DNA of 64,000 nucleotides, from contig OY970194.1 of NCBI GenBank assembly GCA_963708075.1, positions 7,200,001-7,264,000 of the forward strand. The letters run 5' to 3'. Positions 1 to 8,726 of this stretch are shown one piece after another. This DNA is from Sedimentisphaerales bacterium. Lineage in GTDB: Bacteria; Planctomycetota; Phycisphaerae; Sedimentisphaerales; Anaerobacaceae. Made by a program: the position numbers and the translations under genes. Position 1 is the stretch's first letter; each line of letters starts with the position of its first letter. The notes beneath the pieces are model-generated. The model did no database searches, had not been told where the DNA came from, and was given only the letters and a program-made list of their open reading frames with translations.

Positions 1-1662
1 GCGGCCCTGGCGCAGTGGGTCCTGCCTGTGCTTTCGCCGCTGGAGATGTGGGGAGACTACGAACCCTGGACCGGCGTTCACTGCCTGATGCAGCCGACGA
101 TGGGCCCGCTGCACGATGCGTGGCACAGCGGCGATGTCTTCCTGGAGTTGAGCAGGGGGCAGATGCAAGAGATGCTCATGGACCCTGTTGCACAGGGGCC
201 GGAGCAGACGGTGCGGACGTTCCATGATGCTCTCGTGCAGCGATGGCAGGGACTGCACAAGAAGATAGTGCCGCAGGCATCCTTCGAGTCGTTCTGGCAG
301 AAATCGCTTCAAGACGGCGGTGTTGTCGAGCCCGTGGAGCGGCAGCCGGCGCCGACCCTCCAGGGCAAGCCGGCCATAACGGCGACAGCACCTCAAGCAA
401 CCGAGGGCATGCACCTGTGGCTCTGGCCCTCCATCCTGCTGTTCGACGGCCGGCTGGCCAATCGCGGCTGGATGCAGGAGATCCCTGAGCGCATGAGCAC
501 CATCGCGTGGGGAAGCTGGGTGGACGTCTCGCTGGCGACGGCCCGGCGGATGAAGATCGTCACCGGCGATGTGATCGAGGTCTCCAACGGTTTCGGAGTC
601 CTCCGGGCTCCTGCGCGTATAACAGATGATGTGGCGGACAATGTCGCGGCTCTGGCGTTCGGCCAGGGACATACCCGCCTGGGCGAGGTGGCGGCGGGGC
701 GGGGGGCGAATGCATTTGCACTTCTGACTCGCGGCGGGCCGGAGTCTTTGTTCGGCACCGTCTCTCTTCGTAAGACAGGTGAGCAGAGACGCCTGATCAA
801 CCTCTCGGCCACGCAGGACCAGTACGGCCGGGGCATCGTCCAATGGGTGCCGCGACAGAAGCTTCTCGCAATGCAGGAGAGCGACGGCGACGAGATCATC
901 TGGCCGCTGCCGCAGGGCTACGATCCACACCGTGACTTGTATCCGCCTCATGAGTACAGGAATCATCGCTGGGCCATGGTGGTGGACCTGGATCGTTGCA
1001 TCGGCTGCGGGGCCTGCGAGACGGCGTGCTATGCGGAGAACAACATTCCGGTGGCGGGATCCGAGTCTCTGGCCAGGGGCCGGGAAATGTCCTGGCTGAA
1101 AGTGCCGCCGTACCGCCATCCGCGGGACTCCCATCGCGTGGGTTTCCTGCCGTTGCCGTGCCAGCATTGTGACGCGGCGCCGTGCGAGCCCGTCTGCCCG
1201 GTCTTCGCGGCGGTCCACAACGACCAGGGGCTCAACGCCCAGATCTACAACCGCTGTATCGGCACGCGGTACTGCTCGCACAACTGCCCATACAAGGTCC
1301 GGCGATTCGGATGGTTTGACCCGCACTGGCGCGAGCCGCTGCACTTGCAGCTGAATCCGGATGTCACGGTCCGCTCCCGGGGCGTGATGGAAAAGTGCAC
1401 GTTCTGCATTCAAAGGATTCTGTACGCGGAGCATCGGGCGAAGGCGGAGGGCCGCCCGCTTCGCGATGGAGAAGTGCAACCCGCCTGCGTGCAATCTTGT
1501 CCCACAAGGACCTTTACCTTCGGCGATCTCATGCAGCCGGACTCGCAGGTGAGCCGGCTCTTCAAGCACCCGCGGCGGTACCAGCTCCTGCGGGAACTCA
1601 ACACCAAGCCCGCGGTCGTCTACCTCAAGCGTGTCGAGCCGGAACCAGTGGAGACTGCCTGA
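1..1662 (+). CDS. actB: Alternative complex III subunit ActB (molybdopterin-oxidoreductase-like domain + Fe-S domain), 5'-truncated by the window edge
   Basis: Frame is open from base 1 (AALAQWVLPVLSPLEMWGD). Contains DGRLANRGWMQEIP and the Fe-S motifs CIGCGACETAC, CQHCDAAPCEPVCP, CIGTRYCSHNCPY and NPDVTVRSRGVMEKCTFC...PACVQSCP. Confidence 0.93.
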   Translation, partial: AALAQWVLPVLSPLEMWGDYEPWTGVHCLMQPTMGPLHDAWHSGDVFLELSRGQMQEMLMDPVAQGPEQTVRTFHDALVQRWQGLHKKIVPQASFESFWQKSLQDGGVVEPVERQPAPTLQGKPAITATAPQATEGMHLWLWPSILLFDGRLANRGWMQEIPERMSTIAWGSWVDVSLATARRMKIVTGDVIEVSNGFGVLRAPARITDDVADNVAALAFGQGHTRLGEVAAGRGANAFALLTRGGPESLFGTVSLRKTGEQRRLINLSATQDQYGRGIVQWVPRQKLLAMQESDGDEIIWPLPQGYDPHRDLYPPHEYRNHRWAMVVDLDRCIGCGACETACYAENNIPVAGSESLARGREMSWLKVPPYRHPRDSHRVGFLPLPCQHCDAAPCEPVCPVFAAVHNDQGLNAQIYNRCIGTRYCSHNCPYKVRRFGWFDPHWREPLHLQLNPDVTVRSRGVMEKCTFCIQRILYAEHRAKAEGRPLRDGEVQPACVQSCPTRTFTFGDLMQPDSQVSRLFKHPRRYQLLRELNTKPAVVYLKRVEPEPVETA

Positions 1663-1667
1663 GCCTC

Positions 1668-3527
1668 ATGTCCAAATACCGGCAAGTCAATGAGGTTGTC
1701 ATCCAGGCGCTGCGTCCGCCGGGCCTGCTCTACAAGGTCGTTATGGCGGTCCTGGCCCTTGGGGTGGCTGCCCTGTTCGCTGCGTGGATCTACCAGATCC
1801 AGAGGGGCATGGGCGTGGCGGGCGTCTCTCATCCCGTCGGCTGGGGCCTGTACATTGGGACGTTCGTCTTCTGGGTCGGAATTGCCCACTCCGGGACGCT
1901 CATCTCGGCGATCCTGTACCTGGTGCGGTCCAAGTGGCGCACGGCGATCTCACGGTCGGCGGAAGCGATGACAGTCATCGCCATTGCAACGGCGGGGATG
2001 TTTCCGTTGATTCACCTGGGGCGGTTTTGGGTGTTCTATTACATTCTGCCGTATCCGTCGCAGCGCCAGATCTGGCCCAATTTTCAAAGTGCGCTGCTCT
2101 TCGATGTGGTGGCGATTTTCACCTACTTCACCATCAGTGCGATCTTCTTCTACATAGGCATGGTGCCGGACATCGCCGCGGCGCGCGACCATTTGCAGTA
2201 CGCGGGCAAGCGCGGGTATCAGGAAAGACTCTATCGCCTGCTGGCGCTCGGCTGGCATGGCGGCAGCGAGCAATGGCGGCACTACGGCCGGGCCTACCTG
2301 TTCTTCGCCGCTCTGGCTACACCCCTGGTGATCTCCGTGCACTCGGTGGTCTCGTGGGACTTCGCCACGGCGCTGCTGCCCGGCTGGCACTCCACGTTTT
2401 TCGCTCCCTATTTCGTCGCAGGGGCCATTCACTCCGGATTGGCCATGGTGCTGACCCTTCTGATCCCGCTCCGCAAGATTCTGCACTTCGAGAACCTCAT
2501 CCAACCCAGACATTTCCAGGACGTCGCGCTGCTGATGATCGTCACGACATCGATCATCGCGTATGCCTATATAATGGAGCTGTTCATGGCCTGGTACTCC
2601 GGCGATCCGTTCGAGCAGCAATTCGCCCTATGGCGGCTCACCGGATCCTGGCGGGGATTCTACCCGATCATTATCGTCTGCAACATTCTGCTGCCTCTGC
2701 TATTTGTCTTCAGGTGGGTCCGCAGCAACATAGCGATGCTCTTTGTCATCTCCATCTTCGTCAACATCGGGATGTGGTCGGAGCGGCTGTGGATTATCAT
2801 CACATCGCTGGCCCGCGATTTTCTGCCGCACAACTGGGGCGGCTATCTCCCGACATGGGTGGAGTTGACCATTCTCCTCGGTTCTTTCTCGTTCTTCTTT
2901 TTGGGTTTCCTTGTGCTGGCGAAGTTCCTCCCGGCGGCGCCGATCAGCGACATCAAGACCGACATCGAGGAGGAGCAGGAGAAAAGGCGGTACTCGCGGA
3001 GATCCTACGTCAAGCCGGCGAGACTGCCAACGGGTGTCGTGGCCGTCTATGGCACGGCGGCTGATCTGCTGGACGCGGTCGAGCAGGCTCACGACCATGC
3101 GGCGGACGGCATGGAGACGTACACGCCCTTGCGAGTGAAAGAGCTGGCCCCACTGATGGGCAGGAGCAAGAGCCCGGTGCGTTTCTGGACTCTCACAGGA
3201 GCGCTCTGCGGCCTTGTCGGCGGCCTCGCTTTATCTATTGGAAGCGCGCTGGTCAACAGCCTGATCGTCGGCGGCAAGCATCCTGTCTCGATCATTCCGT
3301 ACTGTGTCCCGGCCTTTGAAGGCACGATTCTCCTCGGTGGCCTGGGAAATCTCGTCGGCCTGCTGGTCCACGCTCGCTTACCCAGGTGGAAGACGCCCGC
3401 GGGTTATGATTGGCGATTCAGTCAGGACAAATTCGGATTGTTTGTAGCCGCGCCGCCCGAGCGTTTCGAGGAGCTGCGTCAGGTCCTCGAACCGACTCAT
3501 CCGGAAGAGATTCGTAATGTCGAATAG
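1668..3527 (+). CDS. actC: ACIII ActC (NrfD family) fused to an ActD (DUF3341-like) domain
   Basis: ATG 1668 follows the actB stop. ActC motifs: FVFWVGIAHSGTLISAIL, RSAEAMT, HLGR, LVISVHSVVSWDFA, WHSTFFAPYFVAGAIHSG. The C-terminal ~170 aa are ActD-like (ETYTP, VGGKHP, PAFEGTIL, RFSQDKFGL). Confidence 0.9.
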   Translation: MSKYRQVNEVVIQALRPPGLLYKVVMAVLALGVAALFAAWIYQIQRGMGVAGVSHPVGWGLYIGTFVFWVGIAHSGTLISAILYLVRSKWRTAISRSAEAMTVIAIATAGMFPLIHLGRFWVFYYILPYPSQRQIWPNFQSALLFDVVAIFTYFTISAIFFYIGMVPDIAAARDHLQYAGKRGYQERLYRLLALGWHGGSEQWRHYGRAYLFFAALATPLVISVHSVVSWDFATALLPGWHSTFFAPYFVAGAIHSGLAMVLTLLIPLRKILHFENLIQPRHFQDVALLMIVTTSIIAYAYIMELFMAWYSGDPFEQQFALWRLTGSWRGFYPIIIVCNILLPLLFVFRWVRSNIAMLFVISIFVNIGMWSERLWIIITSLARDFLPHNWGGYLPTWVELTILLGSFSFFFLGFLVLAKFLPAAPISDIKTDIEEEQEKRRYSRRSYVKPARLPTGVVAVYGTAADLLDAVEQAHDHAADGMETYTPLRVKELAPLMGRSKSPVRFWTLTGALCGLVGGLALSIGSALVNSLIVGGKHPVSIIPYCVPAFEGTILLGGLGNLVGLLVHARLPRWKTPAGYDWRFSQDKFGLFVAAPPERFEELRQVLEPTHPEEIRNVE

Positions 3528-4605
3528 CCACGTACATGCCGCCGGGCAATGGCGAAGATACGTGCCACAGGTCCTGGTAGCGATAACAGTGGCGGCTTTG
3601 CCGGCTTGGATCGCCGCAGGGATCTGGTGGGATACGCCGCGTGCGTGGGCGACCCTCCTGACGGATTTCCTGTTCCTGAGCTCGCTGTCGGCGGGCTTGG
3701 TGGTCTGGCCGGCGATTGTCGTGGTCAGCCGTGGCAACTGGATGGGCCCGACGCAGCGAACGGCTCTGGCAGGCGTGGTGTTGCTGCCCGTGTGTGTGCT
3801 GATGCTTCTCGTGTTGATCCTTGGAGCCCGCTACTGGGCTCCCTGGTTGGGCCATTCTTTACCCAATAGCTGGTGGCTGGATGCCCGCTTTCTCTTCCCT
3901 CGCGACGTGATCGCGCTGATGGCATTCAGCGGCCTGGCCTGGTGGTTTGCCCGGGACATGAAGAGAGGACGGCAACCCAGGAAGCTCGCGGCGTGGCTGA
4001 TCCTCGCATACGCCATCGCCTTTTCCATCCTGGGCATCGACCTTGGAATGGCACTCGACCCGCACTGGTACAGCCAGGCCTTCGGTGTCTATTTCTTCAT
4101 TTCGGGCCTGTACATCGCGATGGCCGGCTGGATGTTCATGACCGCCGTGGCGGATGAGACGGCCAAGCCTGGTCACCTCCAGGACCAGGCAAAGCTGCTC
4201 ATCGCGTTTAGCATGTTGACCGCCTACCTGATGTACTCCCAACTGCTTCCGATCTGGTATGAGAATATGCCGCACGAGACGCGTTTCCTCGTGCCCCGCA
4301 TGAATGCCGTGACACGCTGGCCTGTGATGAGCGCAATTCTGCTTGGCGTCGTCTACCTGGGACCACTCGTGCTGCTTCTGCCTCGCCGCGCCAAACGAAG
4401 CGCCCGCTACGTCGCGATCGTTGCGGCGCTCGTCCTGGCGGGCATGTGGGTGGAGCGCTGGTGGCTGGTCATGCCGAGCCTGGGCAAGCCGCTTGGATTC
4501 GGGCTCGCTGAAATCGCAGGCGTTCTGGCTCTGGTGGCAGGGGGCTTGTTGTTCGTCCGTTGGGCCAGTCACATCCGGCACGAGAGTCAACTGCAATCCG
4601 CATGA
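3517..4605 (+). CDS. actF: ACIII ActF-like polytopic membrane subunit
   Basis: About 10 TM helices; DLGMALDPHWYS..FG and YLMYSQLLPIWYENMPHET; overlaps the actC stop. Confidence 0.8.
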   Translation: MSNSHVHAAGQWRRYVPQVLVAITVAALPAWIAAGIWWDTPRAWATLLTDFLFLSSLSAGLVVWPAIVVVSRGNWMGPTQRTALAGVVLLPVCVLMLLVLILGARYWAPWLGHSLPNSWWLDARFLFPRDVIALMAFSGLAWWFARDMKRGRQPRKLAAWLILAYAIAFSILGIDLGMALDPHWYSQAFGVYFFISGLYIAMAGWMFMTAVADETAKPGHLQDQAKLLIAFSMLTAYLMYSQLLPIWYENMPHETRFLVPRMNAVTRWPVMSAILLGVVYLGPLVLLLPRRAKRSARYVAIVAALVLAGMWVERWWLVMPSLGKPLGFGLAEIAGVLALVAGGLLFVRWASHIRHESQLQSA

Positions 4606-4614
4606 GGTGGCCGT

Positions 4615-5136
4615 TTGGAGTCAGGGCGCTACAGGCCAAGAACCATTCTGATTCTGGTCATCTCCATTGTGGTCGTCAGCGTGCTTACTGTCCTTGGTGC
4701 GGCCTACTACCCGTGGTGGCTTGGCCCCAGGCAGCCCATCCCATTCAGCCATCGGATCCATGCGGGGACGAGGGAAATCAGTTGCCTGTTCTGCCATCCG
4801 GGCGCCTTGACCAGATCTGTGGCAGGCATGCCACCGGTGGAGACGTGCGTTCTCTGTCACAACAGGATCATCACTCACTATCCGGAGATCGAGCGGGTGC
4901 GCCTGCACTACAAGCAGGCCGAACCGATCCTCTGGGTTCGTGTCTCGAATCTGCCCGACTACACTCACTTCGATCACAGCATGCATTTGATCGCCGGTGT
5001 AGACTGTGGAAAATGCCACGGGGACGTCAAAGCCATGGATCGTTTCGTACTTCGCCGGGAATTCACGATGGGTTTTTGCATCCAGTGCCACCGCGACAAC
5101 AACGCCACCCACGATTGCTTTACCTGCCACTATTAG
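4615..5136 (+). CDS. actA: Membrane-anchored pentahaem cytochrome c (ActA-type)
   Basis: N-terminal TM helix, QPIPFSHRIHAG, five CxxCH motifs (CLFCH, CVLCH, CGKCH, CIQCH, CFTCH), LPDYTHFDHSMH. The TTG start is uncertain. Confidence 0.85.
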   Translation: MESGRYRPRTILILVISIVVVSVLTVLGAAYYPWWLGPRQPIPFSHRIHAGTREISCLFCHPGALTRSVAGMPPVETCVLCHNRIITHYPEIERVRLHYKQAEPILWVRVSNLPDYTHFDHSMHLIAGVDCGKCHGDVKAMDRFVLRREFTMGFCIQCHRDNNATHDCFTCHY

Positions 5137-5142
5137 GGGAAC

Positions 5143-6533
5143 ATGAGAACAGACTACTTTCGACGCCCGAACAGTACGGCCCTGGCTTTCATGGTGGGAG
5201 GGGCCGTGTGGTTTGTCCTGGGGACATTCTACGGACTGTTGACCTCGATCCAATTCATTTCCCCGGAGTTCTTCAACAATATCCCCTGGCTGGTTTTCGG
5301 TCGGATACGCCCGATCCATGTGAACACCGTGATCTATGGCTTTGTCGCCGGCACGCTGATTGGCTGCGGAGTCTATTATGCTCCCTCGCTGTTGCGCACG
5401 AAGCTCTGGTCGGAGCCCCTGGGCTGGGTCAGCTTCGGGCTGTGGACCATCGCCGTGCTGGGTGGACCACTCGGCATTTCGTTCGGCTACAGTCAGGGCC
5501 GCGAGTACGCGGAGTATCCTTGGATAGTGGATCTCGCCCTTGTCGGGGCGGTCGTCACGATGCTGCTCAACGCGGTCATGACCCTGTTCAACCGTACGGC
5601 CAACGTGCTGTACGTTTCCGTGTGGTACTTCGTCGGGACGTTCCTGTGGACGTCGGCCGTTTATCCAATTGGGAACGTGATGTGGCATCCGAGCACGGGG
5701 GCCGAGAGCGGCCTGCTCGACTCCATCTTCCTGTGGTTCTACGGCCACAACCTGGTGGGCCTGATTTTGACGCCCCTGGCCGTCGGGCGCAGCCTTCTAC
5801 GTGATTCCCTATATCGCAAACACTCCCTTATACTCCCACACGCTTTCCCTGATAGGCTTCTGGACGCTGATCATATTCTACTCACACATTGGCGCCCACC
5901 ACATCCTGCAGGCGCCGATTCCCAACTCGCTCAAAGCGGTCTCCGATAGCGGACTCATTGGCGATGGCAATCCCCGTATTCACGGTGCTGGCGAATCTGT
6001 GGATGACCGGTCGCGGCCGGGGCGGCGTGATACTCCACAATCCCTCCGGTCGGTTCGTCCTGGCCGGCTCGGTGTGGTACCTGGTGACCTGCGTCCAGGG
6101 TCCGCTGCAATCCCTGCCTGCCATGCAGGAAGTGACGCATTTCAACAACTGGGTGGTCGGGCACGCGCACATCTCGGTGCTGGGCTTCAGCGGCTTCATC
6201 GCCCTGGGCGCCATGTGGCTGGTTCTGCCTCAGGCCGCGGGGCGCAGAGTCTATTCCGCCGGACTTGTCTGGGCGCAGTTCTGGCTGATCATCTTCGGCC
6301 TGATCGGCTTTGGCATCGTCTTGACGATCGCCGGTCTGGTCCAGGGCCATGCCTGGTACAGTGGCGAGCTGGAATACGAGGTGCTGCCGTGGATTCATCC
6401 GTACTTCGTCATGCGAACAGTGTTCGGCACCGCGATTTTCAGTGGAGCGGTGATCGGCCTGTACAACGTCCTGATGACCCTGTACCGGGGGCCGCGGTTT
6501 GATCCTGCACTGGAGGAGGACGTGTTCGCGTGA
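5143..6533 (+). CDS. ccoN: cbb3-type (C-family) haem-copper oxidase subunit I; two apparent +1 frameshifts (~5786, ~5945)
   Basis: Joined frames give FGRIRPIHVN, SQGREYAE, WFYGHNLVG, PLYSH, FYSHIGAHH (helix VII Tyr + CuB His pair) and HFNNWVVGHAH. Confidence 0.88.
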
Positions 6534-7651
6534 AGATGACTCCCGGACTGTTGCTTGTGGGTGGATTGATGGTGTTCTGGGCGTCGATCTCCATCATGGT
6601 GTTCATCCCTTCCGCCACGTTCGATCCGCCGCCATCCGACATTTGGAGGCTGCTGACGGACGAAGAAGAAGAGGGTCATCGCCTGTACGTGCGGAATGGA
6701 TGCAGCTATTGCCACTCGCAGTACATTCGTATCCTGGACCAGGGTCACGGCGCCAATCGCATCGCCCAGGCGGGCGATTATGTGGGCCGAAGCCCGCCGT
6801 TGCTGGGCACGGAGCGCACCGGGCCGGACCTGTCGCAGGAGGGCGGGGAGCGCCCCGACGACTGGCATGTCGCCCATTTCACCAATCCGCGTTTCACTAG
6901 CCCGCTGTCGCTGATGCCAAGCTGGGAGTTTCTCGGCGAAAGGAACATTGCAAGGCTCATCGCGTACATGCAGGCCGAAGGAGGAAAAGACGCTGACGTG
7001 CGAGTGGCCAGACAGAAGTGGTGGAAAGCAGAGTCCGTTGCGGCGCATCGGTCCGGGTCGGACGAGAATGTTCAGTGGCTGCACAGGCAGATCCCGGAGG
7101 TCTGGCAGAACATGCCGAACCCCTATCCAGCCACCGACGAATCGATTCTTCGCGGCAAGAAGACGTACCAGGAATTCTGCATGGGTTGCCACGGCACAGT
7201 TGGTGATGGGAAAGGTCCCGCGATGCCGCTCCTGGACCCACCCCCGCTCGACTTGACTCAGTTGCGAAGGAATCTTGTTCAGGGCAAGTACATCGGCGGG
7301 ATTCTCTACTACCAGATCATGAACGGCATCACCGGGACCTCCATGCCCTATTTCAAACGCTTCCTGGAGTCGGAGAAGATCTGGGATGTCTCGAACTACG
7401 TGGCGGTGAACTTCATCGGCTATACGGATTCCGACATCGAGCCGAAGGGGATCGACGCGGCGTACGAGCGGGAATGGGTGAATCCGTACAGGACACCAGA
7501 GGACCTGGAAAAGCAGGGTGGGCTGCCACCCATCATAAGCGAGTCCCGGCCCGATACTCCGCCGTCTTATGGACCGGGACATGGCCACATGCCGGCCCTG
7601 AGAAAACGCGAGGCCGAAAAGCCGACGGTGGACCAGCCAACCAATCACTGA
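6530..7651 (+). CDS. ccoO: CcoO/FixO subunit fused to a second class I cytochrome c domain (dihaem)
   Basis: CSYCHSQYIR...GTERTGPDL...SLMP (FixO domain); NPYP...CMGCHG...GTSMPYF (second haem). Confidence 0.85.
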   Translation: MKMTPGLLLVGGLMVFWASISIMVFIPSATFDPPPSDIWRLLTDEEEEGHRLYVRNGCSYCHSQYIRILDQGHGANRIAQAGDYVGRSPPLLGTERTGPDLSQEGGERPDDWHVAHFTNPRFTSPLSLMPSWEFLGERNIARLIAYMQAEGGKDADVRVARQKWWKAESVAAHRSGSDENVQWLHRQIPEVWQNMPNPYPATDESILRGKKTYQEFCMGCHGTVGDGKGPAMPLLDPPPLDLTQLRRNLVQGKYIGGILYYQIMNGITGTSMPYFKRFLESEKIWDVSNYVAVNFIGYTDSDIEPKGIDAAYEREWVNPYRTPEDLEKQGGLPPIISESRPDTPPSYGPGHGHMPALRKREAEKPTVDQPTNH

Positions 7652-7664
7652 CCACGGGCACACC

Positions 7665-7934
7665 ATGTTCGAGTTGTACTTCATCAGAAATCGTTGGGTA
7701 ATTCTGGCCTGCGGAATCGGCCTTGTTCTTGTCCTCACTTTCTTCCTGGCCTATCTGGCAGGCAAGCGGCCGCGTCGCCCGGAGCTTTACCAATCCGCCG
7801 AATCGCCCAGGCCCTTCACCTGGCGAGAGACCTGGAATTACATGCCCTGGATTCTCGTGCTCACGTACATTGGCATGTTCATATACAGCGTCATCGACAT
7901 CATCTATAAGACCCGACACCCGCCGAACTACTGA
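7665..7934 (+). CDS. Small two-TM protein, probable oxidase/ACIII accessory subunit
   Basis: 89 aa, two hydrophobic segments, tightly coupled within the operon. Confidence 0.6.
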   Translation: MFELYFIRNRWVILACGIGLVLVLTFFLAYLAGKRPRRPELYQSAESPRPFTWRETWNYMPWILVLTYIGMFIYSVIDIIYKTRHPPNY

Positions 7935-8203
7935 TGATACGATTCCAATTCGAAGAATACAGACCGGCCAGGCCCTTCTGGGGATGGATTATCGTCATCA
8001 CCGCCTCCATCCTCACCTTGAGTTGGGGCATGGTGTCTCACATGGCCGTCCCGGAGGTAGTCCGGCAGTGGGACTTCGGCGCCGTGCCGGATGCGCCGGG
8101 GCAAACCGCCTTTTCGACAGTTCCGCCGCCCGATGCTCCGGTTGTGCCGCGGCAGATTGAACTGCCGCCGGACTATGTCGCTCAGGATGTGAACAACCCA
8201 TGA
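7934..8203 (+). CDS. Small single-TM protein, probable accessory subunit
   Basis: 89 aa, TGATG overlap with the previous gene and ATGA overlap with the next, one TM helix. Confidence 0.6.
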   Translation: MIRFQFEEYRPARPFWGWIIVITASILTLSWGMVSHMAVPEVVRQWDFGAVPDAPGQTAFSTVPPPDAPVVPRQIELPPDYVAQDVNNP

Positions 8204-8709
8204 GGACGTTCGGCATACTCATGCTTCTGGCCGGTGCGGCTGTCGTTGGAGCGGTGACTCTGTACCTGATGTTCTCGGGGCCGCGGATGCGCATTCAGCC
8301 GAAGATCGTCCCATCGCAGGCACAGATGCCGGCCACGCCACAAGGCGTTGTGACGGTCTCTATTGACCTATCCACCGTGCCCTCCCTCGAGGCGGCGGCA
8401 CAACCTCGCAATCCGCTGCCTGACACCGGGCACACGCGGCGTACCGGCCAGGTTTATTACGGCTACTATTGCACAGTCTGCCACGGACCGGCCGGCCGGG
8501 GCAACGGCGCCGTTGGCGTCAGTTACACGCCGGCGCCCACCGACCTGACTTCGTCGCCGGTCCAGGTGCTCTCTGATGGCGCGCTCTACAGGGCCATGCT
8601 CACCGGCATCGGTCATGAGCCCGTGCTGGGCTACGTGATCGACCCGAAACAACGCTGGTATGTCGTCAGCTACATACGTCATCTTCAGTCCTCCATCCAC
8701 AACAATTAA
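8200..8709 (+). CDS. Monohaem cytochrome c, ActE-like
   Basis: TM anchor, MRIQPK..P.....P..GVV, RNPLP, CTVCHG, DGALY...RWYVVSYIRHLQ. Confidence 0.78.
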   Translation: MRTFGILMLLAGAAVVGAVTLYLMFSGPRMRIQPKIVPSQAQMPATPQGVVTVSIDLSTVPSLEAAAQPRNPLPDTGHTRRTGQVYYGYYCTVCHGPAGRGNGAVGVSYTPAPTDLTSSPVQVLSDGALYRAMLTGIGHEPVLGYVIDPKQRWYVVSYIRHLQSSIHNN

Positions 8710-8726
8710 AGAACAGGGGGTGTACC

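Noticed and set aside
5143..6533. Nitric-oxide reductase interpretation of the haem-copper subunit
   Set aside because: It has YGHN and the helix VII Tyr before GxHH typical of C-family O2 reductases, and is followed by a FixO-type gene.
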